Assembly: GCA_044356295.1 (NCBI GenBank)
Contig: JBIKWN010000009.1
Location: 912-64,911 of the forward strand
Source: Bdellovibrionota bacterium
GTDB taxonomy: Bacteria; Bdellovibrionota_C; UBA2361; JBIKWN01
Reading direction: 5' to 3'
DNA length: 64,000 bases
Shown here: in pieces, positions 30,788 to 39,659 of the stretch
Position numbering within the stretch: position 1 is the stretch's first letter
Layout: the number at the start of each line of letters is the position of its first letter
Program-made: the position numbers and the translations under genes
Notes under the pieces: generated by a model
What the model saw: only the letters and a program-made list of their open reading frames with translations
What the model was told of the DNA's origin: nothing
Databases searched by the model: none

Positions 30788-30899
30788 TATGTAAAATCAG
30801 CTAGTTAGCCAATCTACTGATGAAATTATGACAGTTTTATGACTGTTCTTTCAAAAACGGTAATAACTAGAGAAGGTATATTTTATCAGAACTATGGAG

Positions 30900-31295
30900 T
30901 TATTTCTTAAAAACAGCTTCAAGCTTTGTTTGAAGGGTATCAGCTGTAAAAGGTTTTATCACATAGTTACTAACACCAGCTTTAGCTGCTTCAATAACGT
31001 TTTCCTTCTGACCTTCTGCTGTAACAAGAACAAATGGGATATGTTTTAGCTTATCGCTTCCACGTACAGCCTTTAACAGGTCTATCCCCATCATATTAGG
31101 CATATTCCAATCTGATATAACGAGTTTAAATTCAAGGTTTTCCATCTTTTCAAGGGCAACCTTGCCGTCTTCTGCTTCTGTAATATTATCAAAACCGAGC
31201 TGTTTTAAGCATGTTTTGACGATTCTTCTCATTGTTGAGAAATCATCTACGACTAAGATCGGCATTTTTTTATCAAGTGTATTTAGTACTGACAT
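30900..31295 (-). CDS. cheY: Chemotaxis response regulator CheY
   Basis: LVVDDFSTMRRIV, ISDWNMPNM, VTAEG, YVIKPF. Confidence 0.95.
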   Translation of the reverse strand: MSVLNTLDKKMPILVVDDFSTMRRIVKTCLKQLGFDNITEAEDGKVALEKMENLEFKLVISDWNMPNMMGIDLLKAVRGSDKLKHIPFVLVTAEGQKENVIEAAKAGVSNYVIKPFTADTLQTKLEAVFKK

Positions 31296-31322
31296 GTAAT
31301 TCTCCCAAACTAGATATTAAAC

Positions 31323-31350
31323 TACTCGGTTGATCTAGCACTTTTCTTGA
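31323..31350 (-). promoter_or_regulatory. sigma28-like promoter for cheY
   Basis: TCAAG-N15-ACCGAGTA. Confidence 0.5.
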
Positions 31351-31390
31351 CCTTTTTATCTATCGCTAGAAATAGTAATTTCAATAAGTT

Positions 31391-31855
31391 ATGCAGCAAG
31401 ATGTTTTTCCCCATTTCATACAATCGACTCAAAATGTGTTGCAGATCTTGGCTGAGCTCGATTGCAAAGTTGGAACACTTGGCCTCAAAAGAGATAGTAA
31501 AACGTTTGGCGAAGTGACCGGCAATATTGAAATGTTAGATCCAAAGGGGAGCTTGACACTGACCATAAGCTTTGAAGAAAAAGTGATTCTTTATGTTGTC
31601 TCTAAAATGATGATGGAAGAGATTACGACTATCGATGAAAATGCTATCGATACCGTTGGCGAGATAACAAATATGATCTGTGGAGGAGCAAAGGCAGGTC
31701 TCAGTCCATTAGGGTATGTCTTTAATATGGCGAGACCTTCTATGATTCAAGGGAAACATATCGACCTCACCCATCAAACTCAATTGACAACTTATACAAT
31801 TCCTTTCTCAACACTTCATGGATCATTTGTTCTTGATTTTACTATTCATGCATAA
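31391..31855 (+). CDS. cheX: Chemotaxis phosphatase CheX
   Basis: DTVGEITNMICGGAK (ExxN) motif; divergent from cheY. Confidence 0.9.
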   Translation: MQQDVFPHFIQSTQNVLQILAELDCKVGTLGLKRDSKTFGEVTGNIEMLDPKGSLTLTISFEEKVILYVVSKMMMEEITTIDENAIDTVGEITNMICGGAKAGLSPLGYVFNMARPSMIQGKHIDLTHQTQLTTYTIPFSTLHGSFVLDFTIHA

Positions 31856-31875
31856 TGTAAAGTTACTTTTTTTAT

Positions 31876-32061
31876 CTAGTTGATAACCTGAGATTTCTGA
31901 ATTAAAAAATCCGCTATCGATTCAATTGGTAAAGAAATATCAGTTGCTTTTAACTCAAGTGCAACTTTAGACATACCAAAAACGACAGAAATTTTTTCAT
32001 CTTGAGCAGCAGTGACAGCACCAGCTTCACGTAATTTCAACATACCCTTGGCACCATCATC
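31876..32061 (-). pseudogene. cheB: C-terminal fragment of CheB methylesterase
   Basis: DDGAKGMLKLREAGAVTAAQDE..SVVFGM matches the CheB C-terminus; the catalytic Ser/His region and the REC domain are missing. Confidence 0.75.
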
Positions 32062-32186
32062 AATTAAAGAACATTCTTCAGATACACATTCGGTAAAAAG
32101 AGTATATTTAAAAACGACACGGTTACAACGAGCAGACCAGATCATCCCACTTGATGATGGCGATTTTAATGGGTTTTAGTAGTTCT

Positions 32187-33059
32187 TTATAGATATCCAA
32201 AAATCGTCTTAGAAAGTGATGACAGTTGTTTTCCTAGCGTTAATTCTAAAGAATTAAATTCTAAACGAAATTTTTCAACTTCATTTTCAATCGATTTGGT
32301 TACTGTATTTTGCTGATCTATGTTTACTTCTTGATTATCTGCCTTGTCGTCTAAGAGTTGAAAAAGAATTCCAAATTCCTCTCCTACCATGGAAGCTTTT
32401 TTAACACATTGCTCGTTTTGACCCGATACTATTGCTCCTATACTTAAAGCGAGACCGAACAATGATCCAGTTTTTAGACGATCAATTTTTGAGTCCTTCA
32501 AATATTGAAGCTTTTCATCATATGGTAGTAAATCAAGTTGTTGTCCTGCGCAAAGTTTACTAAAAGCATCTGACATTAATTGAGCAATTGATATTTTATT
32601 CTGTGACTCTATACATTTAGATGAAAGCACGATATCAAATGACATCGATATCAACGTATTTGCAGCTAGAAGAGCAGAGCTTTCACCAAAGATTAAGTGA
32701 TTACACGGCTTATCCCACCGAGTTGAATCGTTATCAATGCATGGAAGATCATCATGAATTAAGGATGAAACGTGGAGCATCTCAAGAGCTGAAGCAGCAT
32801 CAAGTAAACTATTAAGCTGACTCTCATTTACACTGACAAGGTCATAGAGAAGATTACCTGCAAGGATTGGTCGCATTCTTTTGCCAGATGCAAAAAGAGA
32901 GTAATGAATGGACTCATTCAACCTTGACGAAAGATGGCTCTGGAGCGAAAGGTAATCTTTTAACCTTTTTGTAACACCTTCTTTTATACTATTGTTCAAC
33001 AAGGCATCTTCTCCAAAGTGGCTGTATAGGAATATCGAGTAACGACCTAAGTTTTCCAA
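32187..33059 (-). CDS. ispA: Polyprenyl (farnesyl) diphosphate synthase
   Basis: GKRMRP, SLIHDDLPCIDND, GQQLDL, KTGSLF, FQLLDD; the true start may be the TTG near 32999. Confidence 0.85.
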   Translation of the reverse strand: MENLGRYSIFLYSHFGEDALLNNSIKEGVTKRLKDYLSLQSHLSSRLNESIHYSLFASGKRMRPILAGNLLYDLVSVNESQLNSLLDAASALEMLHVSSLIHDDLPCIDNDSTRWDKPCNHLIFGESSALLAANTLISMSFDIVLSSKCIESQNKISIAQLMSDAFSKLCAGQQLDLLPYDEKLQYLKDSKIDRLKTGSLFGLALSIGAIVSGQNEQCVKKASMVGEEFGILFQLLDDKADNQEVNIDQQNTVTKSIENEVEKFRLEFNSLELTLGKQLSSLSKTIFGYL

Positions 33060-34248
33060 CTAAATATATAGATCCTGTTAATAATATCAACTGGTTACAG
33101 CTTAACATATTGATATAATTGATCATTTGCATACTGTCTGATTCCATATCTATGACCTCAACATGGTTAAAATCACTTTTCTGAATAAACTCTACTATCG
33201 TGCTTCCAGCTAAGGCTCTTTCTGAAAAAGGCTTGAGATAGAATAGCTTATCAACATACGGCAATAGTAATTTCAATGACTTATCCCAATCTTTCAAGTC
33301 TAAGGTACCATAAATAAGGGTAATTTTACCTAACGTGTTTTGATCTAAGTACTGTATAAGTGCACTTGTTCCATGAGAGTTATGTGCACAATCAATTAAA
33401 AGTTTATGACCTTTAACCTCAACATTTTCTAATCTTCCAGCCCAAAAACAATGTAAAAGTCCAAAATCAATATGGCTTTTACTCACCCCTAAATCTGCCA
33501 ATACCTTACTTGCTACAGAGGCATTAATTCGTTGATGGTCCCCTTTTAAAGACAATTCAGATTCATCGTGTTCAATAAAGAAGTCTTTATTGAAGCGAAG
33601 AATTGGAGAATGTATATTTTCACATATAGAGGAAATCACACTGTATACGGAATCTTTAATCTCACCTACATACATTCGAGTATTAGATTTTGCGATTCCT
33701 GCTTTTTCGGCAGCAATTAATTCTTCTGTATTTCCAAGTACTTCTTGGTGATCTAACCCAATTGAAGTAATAATTGTTGCCAATGGATTAGAGAGTACAT
33801 TAGTAGCATCAAGCCTTCCCCCTAACCCTACTTCAACTACCATAAAATCTAGATTACTATCAGAAAAACCAACAAATGCGATTGCAATTAAAGCTTCGTG
33901 AAAAGTAAGCCTTAAATTTTTTTCAATACACGCCTTTTCAATAATTTGAGAATACTTTTCAATCCAATCCTCGCTGACTTCTTCCCCATCTATAACAAAC
34001 CTCTCTGTTAATCTCTCTAGATGAGGTGAAATAGTGAGACCAACTTTATACCCGGCTGCCCCAAGACCGGCAGCTATCATTACTGAAGTTGACCCCTTTC
34101 CATTAGTTCCAGCCACATGAATTGATGGAACTTTATCTTGCGGATTACCAAGATGCTCTAATAAACCTTTGATTGAATTTATTCCGAACGAAGACTTTCC
34201 ATCCCATTTAGCAAGAGACCAAAGATATTTGAGTTTTTCAGAATGCAT
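32989..34248 (-). CDS. folC: Folylpolyglutamate/dihydrofolate synthase
   Basis: HVAGTNGKGS, SPHL, EVGLGGRLDATN, GRLE, DCAHN, TGSIYLVG. Confidence 0.95.
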   Translation of the reverse strand: MHSEKLKYLWSLAKWDGKSSFGINSIKGLLEHLGNPQDKVPSIHVAGTNGKGSTSVMIAAGLGAAGYKVGLTISPHLERLTERFVIDGEEVSEDWIEKYSQIIEKACIEKNLRLTFHEALIAIAFVGFSDSNLDFMVVEVGLGGRLDATNVLSNPLATIITSIGLDHQEVLGNTEELIAAEKAGIAKSNTRMYVGEIKDSVYSVISSICENIHSPILRFNKDFFIEHDESELSLKGDHQRINASVASKVLADLGVSKSHIDFGLLHCFWAGRLENVEVKGHKLLIDCAHNSHGTSALIQYLDQNTLGKITLIYGTLDLKDWDKSLKLLLPYVDKLFYLKPFSERALAGSTIVEFIQKSDFNHVEVIDMESDSMQMINYINMLSCNQLILLTGSIYLVGKLRSLLDIPIQPLWRRCLVEQ

Positions 34249-34266
34249 ACTGGATTTACCCATCAC

Positions 34267-34367
34267 CTGTCCCACCGAGGGACATTTCTAACCTAATAAA
34301 AAAGCCTCAAAATTAAGGTTTATAAAACCATAATTCTGAAGCTTATCTGTCCCACCGAGGGACATTT
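34267..34367. repeat. Two identical 21-bp repeats containing the palindrome TGTCCC-ACCGA-GGGACA (putative parS), 80 bp apart
   Basis: CTGTCCCACCGAGGGACATTT at 34267 and 34347, immediately after the parB stop; a partial copy at 36082. Confidence 0.7.
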
Positions 34368-34369
34368 AT

Positions 34370-35242
34370 TTATTCAGCTGCTATAAGCTTCCTGAATAAA
34401 ATCTGAAGATCTTCCTCAGAGTAGAACTCAACCATCAATCTTCCCCCTGCTCCACCAGTACTATTTCTGTGAAGTCGGACTTTTAAACCTAGAGATCTCT
34501 GAAGCTCATCTGCGATTCTTTGATCTTCTGGGCTCACGATACTTTTAAGCTTATCAGAAGTTTTCTCGTCTTCACGTGAATCAACTTCTTTCTTAAGTTC
34601 TTGTCTTGTCAGTGAATCTAGGTCTCTTAGGTAAGAAGCTCGTATTTCTGGATCTTCAATTTTTGCAAGAAGAAGGATTTTAGACTCTGACGCCCCCTCT
34701 TTCAAAGCCTTTACTAAGTCATCTGGTAACTCTAGTAACTCTAGACTTCTTTGAACGGCACTTTTGGATAAACCAAGCTTTTCTGCGATATCTCTAATAC
34801 TAAGCTGATAGTTATCTCTTAGTGCTCCAATAGCTTGCGCCTTTTCTAGTGGATTTAAATCTGCTCTTTGAAGGTTCTCAACAAGCTGTACTGCTAAGGT
34901 TCTTTGAGTGTCTTCTGCATTTTCGCGGTCAATCATCGCAGGAATTGTTTTAAGACCTGCTAATTGTGATGCTCTAAATCTTCTTTCTCCTGCAACAAGC
35001 TTATAACGTCCTGGTGTTTTAGATGGATGCACGATGATTGGACTCATCACACCGTAGGTCTTAATAGACTCAGAAAGTTCTCTTAACTTATCCTCATCAA
35101 ATGAAATTCGAGGCTGGTTTGGATCCCTATCAATACTCGATAAAGGTATCTCACGATATGGAATTCCAAATTTTTCACGCTCCTCAAATGCTGGACCTGA
35201 TAATAGTGGATTATTTGCGAGTAATAGTTTTCTTTTAGACAT
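34370..35242 (-). CDS. parB: ParB/Spo0J partition protein
   Basis: PNQPR, LVAGERRFRA, VENLQRADLNPLE, HTH. Confidence 0.95.
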   Translation of the reverse strand: MSKRKLLLANNPLLSGPAFEEREKFGIPYREIPLSSIDRDPNQPRISFDEDKLRELSESIKTYGVMSPIIVHPSKTPGRYKLVAGERRFRASQLAGLKTIPAMIDRENAEDTQRTLAVQLVENLQRADLNPLEKAQAIGALRDNYQLSIRDIAEKLGLSKSAVQRSLELLELPDDLVKALKEGASESKILLLAKIEDPEIRASYLRDLDSLTRQELKKEVDSREDEKTSDKLKSIVSPEDQRIADELQRSLGLKVRLHRNSTGGAGGRLMVEFYSEEDLQILFRKLIAAE

Positions 35243-36035
35243 CTAGGACCTCCTTAGCTAGTGATTCATAATCTTCTGCTCCACTTGATTTAGGAGCATA
35301 CTCAAAAATTGTTTGCCCACAGGATGGGGCTTCAGCAAGTGCTACATTGGACCTGATTACTGTATCAAATACCAGGTCTCCAAAATATGCACGAATCGTA
35401 TCTGAAACTGCCCGAGCCAAACGCTTTCTATTATCGTGTAAGCAGATAAGAACTCCGCCAACTAATAGGCTTGGATTGTAGATATTTTTCACTTGATCGA
35501 TTGTATCAAGAAGCTGTCTTACTCCATGCAAAGCAAGATATTCGCTTTGAACTGGAATAATGACTTGGTCAACTGCAGCAAGCGCATTTAGAGAAAGCAG
35601 ACCAAGGGCAGGTGGGCAATCAATTAAGACTACATCATAATTAGATTTAATTGAGCTAAGTGCTCGTTTTAATAGAAGTTCTCTTCCAACCATACCTCCT
35701 AATTCAAGGTCTGCTGCACTAAGCAGTAGGCTTGAAGGTATAAGGTCCATATTCTGCGATCTAGTTATCGTGATTTCACTAGCACTTTTTTGTCCTTTTA
35801 GAAGATCATAGGTTGAGAATTCGACAGCAGTATTTTCAACTTCACCTGTTTCAAGATCTTCCTTTGTCCCTAAACCAAGATGAGTTGTAAGGTTTGCCTG
35901 AGCATCCATATCAACGAGCAAAACTTTTTTGCCAAGAGCCGCAAGCGCAGCACCAAGATTAGTAGTAGTAGTAGTCTTTCCCACACCACCCTTTTGATTT
36001 ACAACTCCTATAGAGATAGTATGAGATTCATTCAT
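35235..36035 (-). CDS. parA: ParA/Soj ATPase
   Basis: NQKGGVGKTT, DAQANLT, IDCPPALG, LAEAPS.G. Confidence 0.96.
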   Translation of the reverse strand: MNESHTISIGVVNQKGGVGKTTTTTNLGAALAALGKKVLLVDMDAQANLTTHLGLGTKEDLETGEVENTAVEFSTYDLLKGQKSASEITITRSQNMDLIPSSLLLSAADLELGGMVGRELLLKRALSSIKSNYDVVLIDCPPALGLLSLNALAAVDQVIIPVQSEYLALHGVRQLLDTIDQVKNIYNPSLLVGGVLICLHDNRKRLARAVSDTIRAYFGDLVFDTVIRSNVALAEAPSCGQTIFEYAPKSSGAEDYESLAKEVLDV

Positions 36036-36183
36036 AAGTTATTGATTTTACTAAATAAAAAAGGGTTTAAGGTCATTTAATTGTCCCACCATGGAGTTCT
36101 TAAATTCTCTGTCTTTTTAACCCGCCAAACTGTAACGGAATATTGCAAAGAAATGAAGAAAAATTACCCTTAATTTTATTCAA

Positions 36184-36435
36184 TTCACGGTGTTTTGCAT
36201 TAATAGTCGTGAAATCAACATAACTCTATTCGTGCATTGAATATGTGATTGTCGTGATTGGAACCAGAGAAATGCCGTGAAACTAATAAAGGGGTATCGT
36301 GATTTCAATGAAATACCATCGTGAACTCAATGAAATATTTTAAAATAAGTTACTGATTCTTCTTGCTTTTTACCCCGCTTACTTATTACAAGTAACTTAA
36401 AATAAGATTGTTTACTTACTGTTTAGTAGTTAGCT
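36184..36435. repeat. Iteron array plus AT-rich tract (putative replication origin)
   Basis: CGTG-core repeats (consensus about tCGTGAwwtcAA) at 36208, 36231, 36253, 36276, 36298 and 36320; an inverted CACG at 36186; then an AT-rich TTACT/AGTAA-repeat region. Confidence 0.75.
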
Positions 36436-36705
36436 TCTTATTGAAGTTAGTGTTGGTGTAATCCAACGCTTATTAGAACCTTTAAGTGAATTAGATGAAT
36501 CTTCTGGCTTTTGTAAATTTCAAGAGCAGATTTTTTTTAAGAGGGAAACCAAGTCCTCATTGGATTTGAAGTTTATTTAATCACTTAAAGGTTCATTTTT
36601 TCTTTTCTCTATCATGCTTTAGTGAGTAGTTTGGTCTATTAGTTTTTTATCTGTTTTTTGTGTTGTGAAAGTGTTGAAAGGTTTAAACATAGCGGGGCTT
36701 GAGTC

Positions 36706-38259
36706 ATGAGTGACAGAACAAACCCTCATACGATGACTGAAACTACAACAGCTATACATGGTGGGGTTGAGTTTAGCTCTTCTGCTGGAAGCCTTCCTGT
36801 CTTGATGACAAATTCAAATAACAGAAGTGCTCGTGATGAAATGAATCTTGCTGAGTTTCCTCTAACGGTGCTCTCAACAAGAACGGATCCTTCTAAAAAA
36901 ACATTAGAATTCAAAGACTCAGTACGAGGCAAGAACGGAGAGATAATTGAAAGAAGTTGGATCATAACAGGAGCAGATAAATTCGGTTTACCAACAGCTT
37001 CCGATGATGAAGTTCTTCTTGGTCTTTTAAAGTTAACCGTTGATAGCGGAATCAAAGATAGAAAAATATTTTTTACAAGATATGAACTTTTAAGAACGCT
37101 TAAATGGACCACCGAAGGAAGAAGTTACCAACGATTACAAAAAGCACTTGATAGGTTAAGTGGTGTTCGAATCAAAGCATCAAATGCATTTTTTGATAAT
37201 GAAAATAAAGCACACTCAACAAGAAATTTCGGAATCATTGATGGTTATGAAATTCACAGTGGAAAAGATGTGAATGAGAAAACAAGTTTTTTTACCTGGA
37301 GCGAAACAATTTTTAAATCATTCCAGGTTGGATTTATTAAAAAGCTCGATCTTGATTTCTACCTTGAACTGCAAAGTGCAGTAGCAAAACGGTTATACAG
37401 ATATTTAGATAAACATTTTTGGTATAAATCACGGCTTGAGTTTGATCTCTTTACCCTTGCTCATGAAAAACTTGGTGTTCCTCGAACCTATCAATTTGCA
37501 AGTTCAATCAAGCAACTCCTTGATCCTGCTTTTGATGAATTGAAAGAGAGAAACTTTATCTCTGGTTTTTCTTATGGAGGAAAAGGGAAGGGGAGTTCTG
37601 TCACCATTTATAGTGCACAGGGTAAAGCAAAAGTTTTGCAATCACCTGGAAAAAATCAAACGTCAGCAACAAAAGAATTTGAACAAAAATTTGAAAATCC
37701 TTCAAAAGATTCTAATAAAAAAAATGTAGTCATTGAGGCTCTTGTTCAGCGAGGAATAAAACTACCTCAAGCAACAAGACTTGTGGCAGGAAGAAGTGAA
37801 GAAGTTGTTCTAAGAATTGAAAAAATAATTGAGCATTTTGATGGGCTCGTCAAAAATCAAAGTCGCCTCATTTCAAAAAGTCCTGTTGGATTTCTTTACC
37901 GTGCAGTTGAAAATCCAGAAAATTTTGTTCTCTCTGGTGAGCAGAAGCAATCAGAGAAACAAGCTCCACTTGCTTTTACTCCTCGCCGTGAGACTCCAGA
38001 AGTTACTCAACAAAGTAACACAGGAACCGAAGAATTAAGTCAGTACATCATTGCAAAAACACATGCATTACAAGCTGCTCGAGCGTCACTTGATCCACAA
38101 ATTATTGGGTCAATCACTGCTGAAGTAGAAAAAGCTTTAACGAAACTGAGAACTTTTATTTCACCTTCAAGATTTAATGAAGCAGTACATCACGGTGTTG
38201 ATGAAAAAATCATGAAGCATATTTCTTTTCCGGAGTTCGAAGATTGGAAAAAGAAATAG
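36706..38259 (+). CDS. repA: Plasmid-type replication initiator (RPA/RepA family)
   Basis: RDEMNLAEFPL, FGLPTASD..VLLGL, FTRYELL..L.W...GRSY.RL..ALDRL, AKRLYRYLDK, as in RPA-family initiators; adjacent to iterons and parAB. Confidence 0.82.
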   Translation: MSDRTNPHTMTETTTAIHGGVEFSSSAGSLPVLMTNSNNRSARDEMNLAEFPLTVLSTRTDPSKKTLEFKDSVRGKNGEIIERSWIITGADKFGLPTASDDEVLLGLLKLTVDSGIKDRKIFFTRYELLRTLKWTTEGRSYQRLQKALDRLSGVRIKASNAFFDNENKAHSTRNFGIIDGYEIHSGKDVNEKTSFFTWSETIFKSFQVGFIKKLDLDFYLELQSAVAKRLYRYLDKHFWYKSRLEFDLFTLAHEKLGVPRTYQFASSIKQLLDPAFDELKERNFISGFSYGGKGKGSSVTIYSAQGKAKVLQSPGKNQTSATKEFEQKFENPSKDSNKKNVVIEALVQRGIKLPQATRLVAGRSEEVVLRIEKIIEHFDGLVKNQSRLISKSPVGFLYRAVENPENFVLSGEQKQSEKQAPLAFTPRRETPEVTQQSNTGTEELSQYIIAKTHALQAARASLDPQIIGSITAEVEKALTKLRTFISPSRFNEAVHHGVDEKIMKHISFPEFEDWKKK

Positions 38260-39659
38260 TTGCTAAAGATCTTCTTACTGGAGCGCCAGTTAGTTTTGAA
38301 CCATCGATGATGAATCGGCATGGGATGATTGCAGGCGCTACAGGAACGGGAAAAACAGTAACCGTTAGGCTTCTTGTTGAGCGGCTTAGTAGTTTGGGAA
38401 CTCATTGCTTTCTTGCAGATGTAAAAGGGGATCTGTCTGGAATTGCAAAAGCTGGAATTCCTTCTGATAAGCTTTCTGAAAGAATGCAAAAGCTTTCAAT
38501 CTCTGAACTTTCATTTAAGGCTTTTCCAGTTCATTTCTGGGATGCGTTTGGTGTATCCGGATTGCCTCTTAGGACTACAATCTCTGAACTTGGACCAACA
38601 CTTCTGTCACGATTGCTTCAGTTAAATGAAGTGCAGACGGGAGTCCTCCACATTGCATTTAAAGTTGCTGACAGGGACGGGCTTCTCTTGATTGATTTAA
38701 AAGATTTGCGATCAATTTTGCAGTATGTTTCAGAGAATGCAAAAACCATAAGTGCTGAATTTGGAAATATTTCTCCGACCTCTGTGGCTGCCATACAAAG
38801 AAATCTTCTTTCGTTAGAGGAAGAGGGGGCAGCAACCTTTTTGGGCGAAGCAGCAATTGAAATTGCTGACCTCATGCGGGAGTCTGAGAAAGGCTCTATC
38901 CATATCATGGTTGCAGATAAACTTATCGAGCGCCCAAAAACCTATGCAACACTACTTTTGTATATTCTTTCAGAGCTCTATGAAGATCTCCCTGAAGTGG
39001 GCGATATTGATGTTCCGAAGTTTGCTTTCTTTTTTGATGAAGCACATCTACTTTTTGATGACTGCCCCGATGTATTACTTGAAAAAATTGAACAAGTCGT
39101 TCGATTAATACGTTCAAAAGGTGTTGGCGTTTTCTTTATCTCTCAATCTATCAACGATATTCCTCCTAAAATTTTGGCTCAATTAGGAAATCGCGTTCAA
39201 CATGCAGTAAGAGCTTTTACCGAAAAAGAAAGAAAAACAATAAAAACTGTTGCTCAGAATTTTAGATCAGAAGGATTTGATGTTGCTGAAGCCTTAACCT
39301 CGCTTGGAGTAGGGGAAGCATTAGTTTCATTTCTTGAAAAGGATGGAAAACCTCAGGTTGCGTCGAAAGCACTTATTTATCCCCCTACAAGTCGATTTCA
39401 ACCACTCTCACTCGAAGAAAGAGAATCAATTATTTCCAAAGATATACTGAGGGAAAAGTATCAAAAGTCTATTGATACCGAGTCTGCCTATGAGGTTCTT
39501 CAAAAACGGCGCACAGGAAAAGAAGAACCAGCAAAAATAAAAAAAACCTCTTCAAGGCAAACAGCGTGGGAAGCATTTTTTTCCTCGACTGCTCGGGCGG
39601 TAGGAAGCCAACTAGGTAGGGCAATCATTCGTGGTGTTTTGGATTCGATTAAGCGCTGA
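38244..39659 (+). CDS. HerA-like ATPase (DUF853/YjgR family)
   Basis: NRHGMIAGATGTGKT, DLPEVGD, FFFDEAHLLF, VRLIRSKGVGV, QLGNRVQH. Confidence 0.92.
   Translation: MEKEIVAKDLLTGAPVSFEPSMMNRHGMIAGATGTGKTVTVRLLVERLSSLGTHCFLADVKGDLSGIAKAGIPSDKLSERMQKLSISELSFKAFPVHFWDAFGVSGLPLRTTISELGPTLLSRLLQLNEVQTGVLHIAFKVADRDGLLLIDLKDLRSILQYVSENAKTISAEFGNISPTSVAAIQRNLLSLEEEGAATFLGEAAIEIADLMRESEKGSIHIMVADKLIERPKTYATLLLYILSELYEDLPEVGDIDVPKFAFFFDEAHLLFDDCPDVLLEKIEQVVRLIRSKGVGVFFISQSINDIPPKILAQLGNRVQHAVRAFTEKERKTIKTVAQNFRSEGFDVAEALTSLGVGEALVSFLEKDGKPQVASKALIYPPTSRFQPLSLEERESIISKDILREKYQKSIDTESAYEVLQKRRTGKEEPAKIKKTSSRQTAWEAFFSSTARAVGSQLGRAIIRGVLDSIKR

Noticed and set aside
38244-39659. HerA-like ATPase as a conjugative coupling protein or a defence system tied to repA
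   Set aside because: The motifs match the widespread stand-alone DUF853/YjgR family, with no relaxase, T4SS, NurA or SIR2 partner nearby. A link to repA is not excluded but is unsupported.
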